From the IMG/VR virus record IMGVR_UViG_3300009130_000016, positions 1 to 64,000 of that record: a DNA stretch of 64,000 nt. One strand, written 5' to 3'. The notes beneath the pieces were generated by a model. That model saw only the letters and a program-made list of their open reading frames with translations, ran no database searches and was not told where the DNA came from. Shown in pieces: positions 20,084 through 28,270 of the stretch. The position numbers and the translations under genes are program-made. Source of the DNA: a virus. The stretch's first letter is position 1; each line of letters begins with the position of its first letter.

Positions 20084-21739
20084 ATGAGCGGAATTTTAAA
20101 CTCAGGTAACGTAGGTTTGACTAACATCAAAACTCTTGCCGAACAAAGAAAAGCTATCGTTTCTAACTGGGATAACTCAGGATTGTTAGAAGGATTGAAA
20201 GGTATGAAAAAGTCCAACATTGCTCAGTTGCTTGAAAACCAAGCTGCTAACATGTTGAACGAGGTTACTTTAGATTCATCTGCTGGTAGATTCGACACAG
20301 TAGCGTTCCCAATCGTGAGAAGAGTATTCTCTAGATTATTGGCTAACGAATTAGTTTCAGTACAACCATTAGCACTTCCTTCAGGATTGTTATTCTATTT
20401 AGATGCGAAAGTTTCTTTCAATGGAGCTGACAACACTTTTGATAACCAAATTGGAAGAGCTGCTGAACTTGCTGGACAACAAAAAGTATCTCCAAAAAAT
20501 GATGCAAACGGACAAGCTGGTCCTCAATTCGCAGACACTACTGCATACGAAAGATTCTACAACAACAAAGGATTTGACCTTTCTTTTGGACAAGGTACAA
20601 CAAACTTAGCTGGTGTTGTTAACAATACAGCTACTGCTGCTGATGCTGCAAACGGACTTCTTCCATTGACTATGGATTTAGGTGCTGGATATGACGTTTC
20701 TAAATCTCAGTCTTCTTCTACTTTAAGATTTACTGCTTCTACGGATCTTTATTATTCTTCAGGATCAGAAAACATCTTATTAGTTGCTGCTGGTGAAGAG
20801 CTTCCTTTCTATCACGGAATCCAAGATTACTCTTTAGATTTATTTGATTCTCAAATGGCTAAAGTTGTTTTTGATCTTAGACCTGCGTCTGTAGAAGGAT
20901 CTAACTTTAACTCATCAATGGTTAATGATGAAACAAACTTCGGTGCTGCTTTAACATTGGAAATTAAGCCTTTATACGAGGTATTTAATGACCTTGAAGC
21001 GAGTTCTGAAATGGCTGAATTGACTATTCAATTCTCATCTGTTACTGTATTTACTGTAACTAGAAAATTAAGAGCTCACTGGACTCCAGAATTAGCTCAA
21101 GATTTAGAGGCTTACCACTCTATCGATGCTGAAGCAGAATTAACTGCACTTCTTTCTGAGCACATTGCTGCTGAGGTTGACAGAGAAATCATCATCGACT
21201 TGATTAACGAAGCTCCATTCAGAGCTAGATGGGATTATAACGGTTTACAAAACAATGCTAACTTCTTCGGAACGCAAAAGGATTGGAACCAAACTTTAAT
21301 CACAAGAATCAACGAAATATCTGCACAAATTCACAAAGCAACATTGAGAGGTGGAGCTAACTGGGTAGTTTGTTCTGCAGAAGCTGGTGCGATTTTTGAT
21401 GATTTAGAATACTTCCACGTTGCTGGTTCTGCATCTCCAGAGCAAGAAAAATACAACTTGGGTGTTGAGAAAATCGGAAATTTAGGAAACAGATACACAA
21501 TCTTCAAAGATCCTTATTTACCTGCTGAGATCGTATTAATCGGTCACAAAGGAAATACTTTCTTAGAAGCTGGTTACATCTACGCTCCTTACATTCCTTT
21601 ACAATTAACGCAAACTATTTATGATCCAAACGACTTCACACCTCGTAAAGGTATCATGACTAGATACGCTAAGAAAATGGTTAATAACAGATTCTATGGT
21701 GTAATTGTAGTTGATAATATCAGAACTTACGCTGTATAA
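20084..21739 (+). CDS. major capsid protein (T4 gp23-like)
   Basis: LLENQ, PIVRRVF, VSVQP, ELAQDL..HSIDAEAEL, YAPYIPL, FTPRKGIMTRY. Confidence 0.96.
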   Translation: MSGILNSGNVGLTNIKTLAEQRKAIVSNWDNSGLLEGLKGMKKSNIAQLLENQAANMLNEVTLDSSAGRFDTVAFPIVRRVFSRLLANELVSVQPLALPSGLLFYLDAKVSFNGADNTFDNQIGRAAELAGQQKVSPKNDANGQAGPQFADTTAYERFYNNKGFDLSFGQGTTNLAGVVNNTATAADAANGLLPLTMDLGAGYDVSKSQSSSTLRFTASTDLYYSSGSENILLVAAGEELPFYHGIQDYSLDLFDSQMAKVVFDLRPASVEGSNFNSSMVNDETNFGAALTLEIKPLYEVFNDLEASSEMAELTIQFSSVTVFTVTRKLRAHWTPELAQDLEAYHSIDAEAELTALLSEHIAAEVDREIIIDLINEAPFRARWDYNGLQNNANFFGTQKDWNQTLITRINEISAQIHKATLRGGANWVVCSAEAGAIFDDLEYFHVAGSASPEQEKYNLGVEKIGNLGNRYTIFKDPYLPAEIVLIGHKGNTFLEAGYIYAPYIPLQLTQTIYDPNDFTPRKGIMTRYAKKMVNNRFYGVIVVDNIRTYAV

Positions 21740-21765
21740 TCTTAGGATTAACGGTTAAGGCATAT

Positions 21766-21798
21766 AAAAGGAAGAAACTTAGTTTCTTCCTTTTTTTT
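21766..21798. terminator. bidirectional terminator after the capsid gene
   Basis: AAAAGGAAGAAAC / GTTTCTTCCTTTT inverted repeat. Confidence 0.8.
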
Positions 21799-22318
21799 GT
21801 TTAACACTTTTTTTAGGGTCTGTCAATTGATTAAACCTATCTAAAAACGCAGACTCAGCTTCTTTTGGAGTTAATGTTGCAACATTGCCGTCCTCTCCTT
21901 TATAGTTCTCGAATTCAGTAATAAGCATCTGTTTATCAGCTTTTTTTACCTCAAGACTCATAGGAAACTCCAAATCGAAAAACTTATAAATAAATTCCAT
22001 TAAAGCATCCTCTTTCTCCATGTAAACAGGAAGCCTGTTTTTAATTGGTGTAGGCATATCGACCATGTAAGCTTCAGTTGCATCATGCAACAAGGCAGAT
22101 AGTGCATGTTCTTCTGGTACCAATTTAGAACATGCAACAGAGTGTTCTGCAACCGAGTAAAAATTGTTGCAATGTCCTGCAAATCTACATAAATTAGACA
22201 ATGCATGTGCAATATCTTCGATCTTTATTTGACCTTCTTTTGGGTCAAAAGGATCAATTAAAACACCTGTAAAAGTTTCAATTACACCATTTTTTTCACC
22301 TTCTGTTCTGTGTTCCAT
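21779..22318 (-). CDS. HD-domain phosphohydrolase (YfbR/YfdR-like 5'-deoxynucleotidase)
   Basis: DIAHALSNLCRFAGH, YSVAEHS, LLHDATEAY..D; TAACTTTG host-type element at 22335-22342. Confidence 0.85.
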   Translation of the reverse strand: MEHRTEGEKNGVIETFTGVLIDPFDPKEGQIKIEDIAHALSNLCRFAGHCNNFYSVAEHSVACSKLVPEEHALSALLHDATEAYMVDMPTPIKNRLPVYMEKEDALMEFIYKFFDLEFPMSLEVKKADKQMLITEFENYKGEDGNVATLTPKEAESAFLDRFNQLTDPKKSVKQKKGRN

Positions 22319-22393
22319 AATTAAGTTTATTTATCAAAGTTAACAATAAACATGTAAACAAAGAAATATTTGAACTATTTATAAGTAAAAGAT

Positions 22394-22654
22394 ATGAATT
22401 TTAAAGCAAATTACGAAATTGTAAACCTTGTATCTGGATTAAATGAGTTTCCTACGTCTGGAAACACATCAGAAATACACCAAGTTTATTGCATTGCACC
22501 AGGAAGTGTTACAATTAAAGCTGTTGGTGGAGGTGAAGCAGATTTTGCACTTACAGCAAACGATAAAGTTGATGTTCTTACAAGAAGCGTAGATGTATCA
22601 AGTGGTACATTTATAGGTTTTAGGACAAAAAACGACTCTCAAAGATATTTATAA
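22394..22654 (+). CDS. small beta-rich virion protein
   Basis: Late promoter at 22376; precedes the neck gene. Confidence 0.55.
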   Translation: MNFKANYEIVNLVSGLNEFPTSGNTSEIHQVYCIAPGSVTIKAVGGGEADFALTANDKVDVLTRSVDVSSGTFIGFRTKNDSQRYL

Positions 22655-22670
22655 TATAAATTAACTAATT

Positions 22671-23846
22671 ATGTCATTTTGTACAGATGGATGTCTTACA
22701 GGTGTAACATCAGTTGATAAAACTAGGATGTTTAACCGTATTAGACGAAAACTTGGTGCACCAGTTATGGGTGTTGAACTTGTTGACGAACAAATAGAGG
22801 AATGTATTTGTGAGGCAATAGAAGAATACTCTTACCAAATTAACACTTGGGCAATGGAAAACAAAATGGCAGAAATGCTAGGTCTTCCAACTACTGTTGA
22901 TTTTACCTTAAAATATGTTACACACTCATTATATTTCGAAAAGTCTTTTGCTAAAAGTGCATCAGAGATGATAGGTGGTGGTGTAAACACTACAAGAGAA
23001 TTGAAAACAGCCTCAATACCATTAACTTCTGGAACTCAAAATTATGAAATTTCGGATAAACATGAGATTGAAGAATTGATGTGGTATACGCCTTCTTATA
23101 TTAACATGTTTGGGCTTGACCCGTTTGCAAACTCAAATATTGCATTTTCAGAATTTGGTGCCAGTTTTGCTGGACAAACACTTTACCATGTAATGCCTGT
23201 TTTTGATACAATTTTAACTGCTCAGGCAGCTGAATTAAGAAATAAAGTAAGAGGGTCGGAATATTCGTTTTCTATACACAAGGGGCCTGCAGATAAGAGG
23301 GTCATAAGGTTATATCCAATACCAAATGCTAATAATGGAGGCTCTAGTGGATCTATGGGTATAGGCGGTGGTGCTGGTACACCAGGGACAGTTTTTTATC
23401 AATACTATGATAAGATTAGTGATTTTGGTAATCCAGAATATTCTGGAAACACATCAGGTGGGTACACGGCTCAAACTGGCGACCAAGGAAACGGTGTTGT
23501 ATCAGGTCCTGCAGATGCACCTCTTTACAATCTAAATTGGAGTCAACTAAATGACTTGGCTAAATCTTGGATTAAAAAATATGCACAAGCATTGGCGAAA
23601 GAATTATTGGGTATCGGTATTAGAGGGAAATTCAGCGGAGAACTTCCAATACCAGATGCATCACTAACATTGAATAGTGGCGATTTAATTTCAACAGGTA
23701 GAGCCGATCAAGAAAGGTATCTTGAACAACTTAGAACCGATCTTGAAAAACTAAACCTTAAAAAACTATTGGAAGAAAGGGCTGAAATGTCCGAATCAAT
23801 TAATAAAGCATTACAGGCTATTCCTTTGGGAATATACTGGGGATAA
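22671..23846 (+). CDS. neck/head-tail adaptor protein (T4 gp13-like)
   Basis: RRKLGAPVMGVEL..EQI, WIKKY..AL.KE.LG..RGKF, C-terminal PLGIYWG. Confidence 0.85.
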   Translation: MSFCTDGCLTGVTSVDKTRMFNRIRRKLGAPVMGVELVDEQIEECICEAIEEYSYQINTWAMENKMAEMLGLPTTVDFTLKYVTHSLYFEKSFAKSASEMIGGGVNTTRELKTASIPLTSGTQNYEISDKHEIEELMWYTPSYINMFGLDPFANSNIAFSEFGASFAGQTLYHVMPVFDTILTAQAAELRNKVRGSEYSFSIHKGPADKRVIRLYPIPNANNGGSSGSMGIGGGAGTPGTVFYQYYDKISDFGNPEYSGNTSGGYTAQTGDQGNGVVSGPADAPLYNLNWSQLNDLAKSWIKKYAQALAKELLGIGIRGKFSGELPIPDASLTLNSGDLISTGRADQERYLEQLRTDLEKLNLKKLLEERAEMSESINKALQAIPLGIYWG

Positions 23847-23857
23847 ATTAAACACGT

Positions 23858-24427
23858 ATGTCAAACCACAAAGACTTATATGGGTCTCAAAGACCAGATG
23901 AAGCAGAAAAGAATTTATCAGAAAACAAAGGTATCGATCTTTTTTTCGGAGACCTAGAAGCCTCTTTTTTTGACCAAGTAGGTAAAGAGATGACAATCAA
24001 TATCTTAAAAGAGAGTTTTATCCTTTATAGAGTTGATTTGAACAAGACTTCTTCTCATGCTTTATACGGGGAATCCATTCAAAAAGAATATAGAGATCCA
24101 GTTGAAGTTTTTGGAAGAATAAATGTCGAGGTTGATGATCCGACAATGAGGACCAAAAATGGTATAACCAAACAAGGTATGGGTCAACTTACAGCCAGCT
24201 TACATCTTTCTCACTTAGAGGAAATTGGAATACTGGAAATGGATGAAAATGATCCTGTAATCGATATGAAGAAAGGTGACTTTATCGGATATAAAGGCCA
24301 GTTCTATGAAGTGTGGGATGATGGTTATGCACAAATTGCTAACCAATTCTCTTATGCAGGAGATAGAAGAGCTTTCTTAAGAGTTCGTGCAAAAGAAGTT
24401 GATAGAGACGTATTTAACGGAATATAA
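23858..24427 (+). CDS. head closure/neck protein (gp14-like)
   Basis: Follows the gp13-like gene; LYGES and KGDFI..KGQFYEV pattern. Confidence 0.65.
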   Translation: MSNHKDLYGSQRPDEAEKNLSENKGIDLFFGDLEASFFDQVGKEMTINILKESFILYRVDLNKTSSHALYGESIQKEYRDPVEVFGRINVEVDDPTMRTKNGITKQGMGQLTASLHLSHLEEIGILEMDENDPVIDMKKGDFIGYKGQFYEVWDDGYAQIANQFSYAGDRRAFLRVRAKEVDRDVFNGI

Positions 24428-24588
24428 ATAGAAAAGATGACTCTTAGGTCATCTTGTTTTGTATAAACTTTTCTCTTCGAAATACCATAAAACTCTGTAT
24501 AGAATATACTTAGAAGGTAATAGTGCAATTGTGAATATTTTAAAAACAACAACATAACTAATAATTGCGTTTTCTGTGTATTGGGTTT

Positions 24589-24843
24589 TTACAATTCCCT
24601 TTGTGATCCAACATTCCCTTTAATACTTTTTATAAAAGACTTAAATCTTGTCTTCAGTTTTCTCTCGTGAATAGCAACTCGATAGGCACCATTCATTTGC
24701 TTCACAAGTAAATCGGCAAACTTATTTCTTTCGACTTGACTCATGTCACTACAATAAATTCTAATCATTGTTTTGAATCCACGGTGCATTTTATCACTTA
24801 GCATTCTGTTTACTATCTTGTCACTAACTTTGAGGTTATCCAT
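24589..24843 (-). CDS. hypothetical protein
   Basis: Member of the tightly packed minus-strand small-gene cluster. Confidence 0.55.
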   Translation of the reverse strand: MDNLKVSDKIVNRMLSDKMHRGFKTMIRIYCSDMSQVERNKFADLLVKQMNGAYRVAIHERKLKTRFKSFIKSIKGNVGSQREL

Positions 24844-24890
24844 ATGATCTAATTATTGTTTCAATAGTTCTAACGAGAAAACTACTCAGT

Positions 24891-25223
24891 TTATTCCTCA
24901 CCTAAAGCTCTTTTTACAGCTTTTCTTGCTTTATCTACGTTGAAGTCTAGTAACTGCCCTTTTTCATCATAGGTATTAAGAAGATCAGTTAAAGCCTCTA
25001 GCATATCTGGAGCAGATTGAATAAGCTTTGCATTTGCCTGTCTTTCTCGAACAGTAACAGTTTCACACATAGATTCATAATTTCCAGTTTCATCATCAGG
25101 GTCATTTGAATTCATTGCACAAACTGTGGCATATCCAGAGCCAGCAAAAACGTAATGAGATTTCTTTCCCTCACTTGTACAACAGGCTTCCCAAGGCCCT
25201 TTCGTTCCTCCAAAATCTTTCAT
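24891..25223 (-). CDS. hypothetical phage protein (TKGPW...ANAKLI..APDMLEAL family)
   Basis: Common early phage protein motif pattern. Confidence 0.7.
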   Translation of the reverse strand: MKDFGGTKGPWEACCTSEGKKSHYVFAGSGYATVCAMNSNDPDDETGNYESMCETVTVRERQANAKLIQSAPDMLEALTDLLNTYDEKGQLLDFNVDKARKAVKRALGEE

Positions 25224-25501
25224 TTTTTCACAATTTCTAATTTACAGTTGACTCCACATCCTTGACAAAATGGATGTGAGACACCTTTTGAATGTGCTAT
25301 TCCGTATGCGTAACCAACATGTCCACATGCACCGCATTTACAAAACTCTCCACTTCGTATAACTTCTTCGCCTTTCTTACTAACGATTTTATGAGCATCG
25401 TGATTGAAGATTGACATAATATAATTTAAGACGAAAGTTCCTCTAAAAAACTCAATGAGCTTCTTAATCTTCGTGTCCAAGATATTTTTCAAACCTTTCA
25501 A
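25220..25501 (-). CDS. small Zn-ribbon protein
   Basis: CGAC...CQGC. Confidence 0.55.
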   Translation of the reverse strand: MKGLKNILDTKIKKLIEFFRGTFVLNYIMSIFNHDAHKIVSKKGEEVIRSGEFCKCGACGHVGYAYGIAHSKGVSHPFCQGCGVNCKLEIVKK

Positions 25502-25685
25502 TTAAAGTGCTAAATGCCTGTGCTTTATTAACCTTCTCTTTCATCGCAAAAAAAGTGGTTTCATCATCTTTTTTCATTTGCTCGATGTGATTAAGAAGAA
25601 TGTCTCTCTCTTTCTTAACTATCGCCAGGCACTCACCGTTATTCAGTGATAGTCCTAAGTCACTTATTGTTTTGTGTGCATCCAT
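25464..25685 (-). CDS. hypothetical protein
   Basis: Packed ORF in the small-gene cluster. Confidence 0.55.
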   Translation of the reverse strand: MDAHKTISDLGLSLNNGECLAIVKKERDILLNHIEQMKKDDETTFFAMKEKVNKAQAFSTLIERFEKYLGHED

Positions 25686-25707
25686 ATTACTTTAGATTTT
25701 TTATAAA

Positions 25708-25884
25708 CTAAAATCCTAACCACTCTTTAAACTCTTTGTCATTATTGACAGTTTCTTTAAAAAACTTTTTACGTTCTTTCTTGAACTTCTTGTAACAGCT
25801 TTTGTGAAAAGCATCTCCATCAGGAGACGTTATTTTGTGAGGCTTACTTTCGTCAATCTTTTTTTTACAGTAAAAACATTTCAT
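25708..25884 (-). CDS. small CxxC...HxxC Zn-finger protein (58 aa)
   Basis: Below track cutoff: MKCFYCKKKIDESKPHKITSPDGDAFHKSCYKKF...; overlaps the upstream stop (ATGA). Confidence 0.6.
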   Translation of the reverse strand: MKCFYCKKKIDESKPHKITSPDGDAFHKSCYKKFKKERKKFFKETVNNDKEFKEWLGF

Positions 25885-26090
25885 ACAAATTCTTCAAATG
25901 TAACCATTTCTTCATTAGTGTCAGTAAGACAACTTGTGAATTTACTTTTCGGGTACTTGGAATCAAGGCGATCCCATTCCATATTCTTCCCTTTCTTGTT
26001 GAAATGACTAACGTCTACAACAGCAACAGATTTCCCCCTATTATAAGGTGTTTCCCTTACTATTATGTAACTAAATTTGTATTTCGCCAT
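25881..26090 (-). CDS. hypothetical protein
   Basis: First gene after the ECF-like promoter at 26112-26137. Confidence 0.6.
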   Translation of the reverse strand: MAKYKFSYIIVRETPYNRGKSVAVVDVSHFNKKGKNMEWDRLDSKYPKSKFTSCLTDTNEEMVTFEEFV

Positions 26091-26111
26091 ATTAAATCTT
26101 TTTTATAAATG

Positions 26112-26137
26112 TAACGAGTTTTGTCGTAATTAAGTTC
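26112..26137 (-). promoter_or_regulatory. ECF-sigma-like promoter GAAC-N17-CGTTA
   Basis: Same motif and spacing at 40060, 50511, 52281 (plus) and 26721-26748 (minus, N18). Confidence 0.6.
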
Positions 26138-26392
26138 TATCTAAATTGAAATTTTCTGACCAATACTACAATTCTTGCTTAAGCCTATGTTTGATCAAGG
26201 TTTCATTTCTGTACTTCTTATAGGTTCTAAACTCATGTTCCTGCCTTTATCATGGTTGTAAGGTGGAATTTTCCACAATACTCACATTTGTAGCCTCTCA
26301 TCATACACTTTTTGTAATCCTTTTTGACACCAGATGCGTTGATCTCCTTTTCAGTTTTAAATGTAGTTTTTACAAATTACCTTTCCAGCCAT
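26130..26392 (-). pseudogene. possible degraded small CxxC-HLT protein gene
   Basis: Fragments MAGKVICK / TTFKTEKE...RGYKCEYCGKFHLTTM / RQEHEFRTYKKYRNE...EL*YW lie in shifting frames. Confidence 0.35.
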
Positions 26393-26619
26393 TTCTTGAA
26401 TATTTTGCCTAAAATAGGCAGACAAACATAAGACATTAATAAAACTAGAGCAGTTGTCACAATAAGCTCCTTGAGTACATAACCAACTCCGAGTGATATT
26501 AGTGTCTCACTCAAATACGGAAGAACAGTGAACACTAGGGGTACAATAGACACCCAAACAAGAATTGTTGTCTTCCATATTTTTGGTTGTTGATTATCCA
26601 TATTAAAAATCAGAAACAA
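26377..26619 (-). CDS. small two-helix membrane protein
   Basis: Two hydrophobic stretches; PKIWKTTILVW...KKWL. Confidence 0.65.
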   Translation of the reverse strand: MFLIFNMDNQQPKIWKTTILVWVSIVPLVFTVLPYLSETLISLGVGYVLKELIVTTALVLLMSYVCLPILGKIFKKWLER

Positions 26620-26759
26620 GATTGTTAAATAAACAAGTTTTTAAAACTCTATTCCTATTTAATATTTTTTTCAATTTATTCATATACTTTTTGTTTTAAG
26701 AATTTATCATTCTGAGGTTATAACGAATTTTTAAGAATCAAATGTTTCATTATTTATTT

Positions 26760-27017
26760 TTAACTCTTAGGGATGATCTTAGAACCCTTATTATATATTA
26801 TACTATATAATATTCTGTTTTTAGGGTAAACGGTAATAAATCAACCCCCTCCCCTTACCCCAGTTAATAAAAACTGAAGCCCTCTAAAAAGAGGAAAAAG
26901 AAAAGAAAATAGGTAATTTATTACCGAGTAAAGAGTGTAATTCATTCTCCCTCCAGTGCCAAACAGTCCGTTGTCAAAATTACAACCCCTAGAAGAAAAG
27001 ACATTGCGGACCTAAAA
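26760..27017 (-). ncRNA. candidate structured non-coding RNA or origin-primer RNA
   Basis: ORF-free; TTTG-N21-TATATTTG promoter at 27056-27024; nested inverted repeats with an extension that pairs only via G-U on the minus strand. Confidence 0.5.
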
Positions 27018-27023
27018 CCAAGG

Positions 27024-27056
27024 CAAATATAAGAAACAAAAAACCCATTTTCCAAA
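27024..27056 (-). promoter_or_regulatory. Bacteroidota sigma-A type promoter (-33 TTTG, -7 TAnnTTTG)
   Basis: Minus strand TTTG at 27056-27053, 21-nt spacer, TATATTTG at 27031-27024. Confidence 0.7.
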
Positions 27057-27088
27057 TAAACTTAGATATTTATTTTAAAAAGAGTCTT

Positions 27089-27832
27089 ATGGGAACTATA
27101 AAAAATCAATCAGATGGTTTAGATAAAAGCTTCGAAAACCACAACTACTTGCCACAAAAGCTACTTTTGGAAGATATTGACATGGGACTTTTTAATTATA
27201 TAAAAAGTCAAGGAATTTCTATGACCAATGAAAAAAAAGAGAATAGAAGAGTTCCAGTAATTTGGGCAACTCAAGAACTTTGGGCTGAAAGAAAGCAAAA
27301 CTTTCAATTCATGGAAAATGAAAATGGCGAAGAAATCGGAAGGCCATTTATTGCAATTTATAAAACAGGTGTAAGCGAAGGTACATCACCATTGAAATAT
27401 AGCATTCCAGCTTTTAATAGATCGACTTTATCTGCAGGAGTTCATAAATTTAAATATGTAAAAGTGCCTGTTTTTGATGGAACGCTAAAGGGTTATACAC
27501 TTTGGAAAGTTCCGCAGCCAGTTTACGTAGATGTTGACTATGAAATGATATTCGAAACAAGGTATCAAACACAAGTTAACCAGTTCATTGAAATGCTTAA
27601 CATTGAGGCGTTTCCGTCTAGACAAGGTTACATGAGAGTGAATGGATATAGCATTCCTTCTATGATGGAGAATCCTAGTGAAACTAGTACGTTTGGAGAC
27701 ATAAGTTCAGAGCAAATTTTTCAAATAACAGTACCATTAAAGGTATACGGAAAATTGGTTGATCCAAGTAAGTTTGAGGAAGTTCAAACAATAAATAAAA
27801 TTTCAATTAACATTTGTGAGAAAAAGGATTAG
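27089..27832 (+). CDS. tail terminator/sheath stabilizer (T4 gp15-like)
   Basis: VPVIW..QE.W, P.YVDVDYE pattern; upstream of the sheath; late promoter at 27067. Confidence 0.65.
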   Translation: MGTIKNQSDGLDKSFENHNYLPQKLLLEDIDMGLFNYIKSQGISMTNEKKENRRVPVIWATQELWAERKQNFQFMENENGEEIGRPFIAIYKTGVSEGTSPLKYSIPAFNRSTLSAGVHKFKYVKVPVFDGTLKGYTLWKVPQPVYVDVDYEMIFETRYQTQVNQFIEMLNIEAFPSRQGYMRVNGYSIPSMMENPSETSTFGDISSEQIFQITVPLKVYGKLVDPSKFEEVQTINKISINICEKKD

Positions 27833-27873
27833 TTTTCAAAAAATTTATCTATTTATTAGAAAACAAGCAAGAA

Positions 27874-28257
27874 ATGAAGATAAAGAATAACAGAAACAAC
27901 TTTGTTGTATTGCAAATAAAAGATGGAAGTAGAAAGATGATCCAAAAGTTTAATCCTTTGGAAGTTATCGAAATACCTTATTTATTTGACATGAAGCAAG
28001 TTGCTAATAAATTTCTTTTTAGTATTGGGAATTTATCTGTTGTAAAATCAAATGATGTTGCTTTAGAAAAAAAGGAATCAAAGACAAAAAAAACGACTGC
28101 AAAGAAAACTACTTCTAAGAAGAAAGTTGCTAAAAAGTCAAAAGTTGAGAAGGCTATTGAGAAAGCGGATGATTTTATGAATGGAGACGTTGAAGAGTCA
28201 GAAAAAGTTCAAAAAGCTAAATCAAACAAAAACAAAACAAAAAAAGAGGAAAAGTAA
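27874..28257 (+). CDS. lysine-rich late protein
   Basis: KTKKTTAKKTTSKKKVAKK tail; late promoter at 27850. Confidence 0.6.
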   Translation: MKIKNNRNNFVVLQIKDGSRKMIQKFNPLEVIEIPYLFDMKQVANKFLFSIGNLSVVKSNDVALEKKESKTKKTTAKKTTSKKKVAKKSKVEKAIEKADDFMNGDVEESEKVQKAKSNKNKTKKEEK

Positions 28258-28270
28258 AAATTATTAAACT

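Noticed and set aside
21779-22318. HD hydrolase as DatZ of a 2-aminoadenine DNA system
   Set aside because: Motifs fit the common YfbR/YfdR-like family; no purZ or mazZ in the window.
24871-24892. Sixth ECF-like promoter
   Set aside because: CGTTA is present but the AAC spacer is only 13 nt instead of 17-18.
26760-27017. tRNA, tmRNA or group I intron identity for the structured region
   Set aside because: No T-loop/CCA, tag reading frame or intron core recognised, and it does not interrupt a gene.
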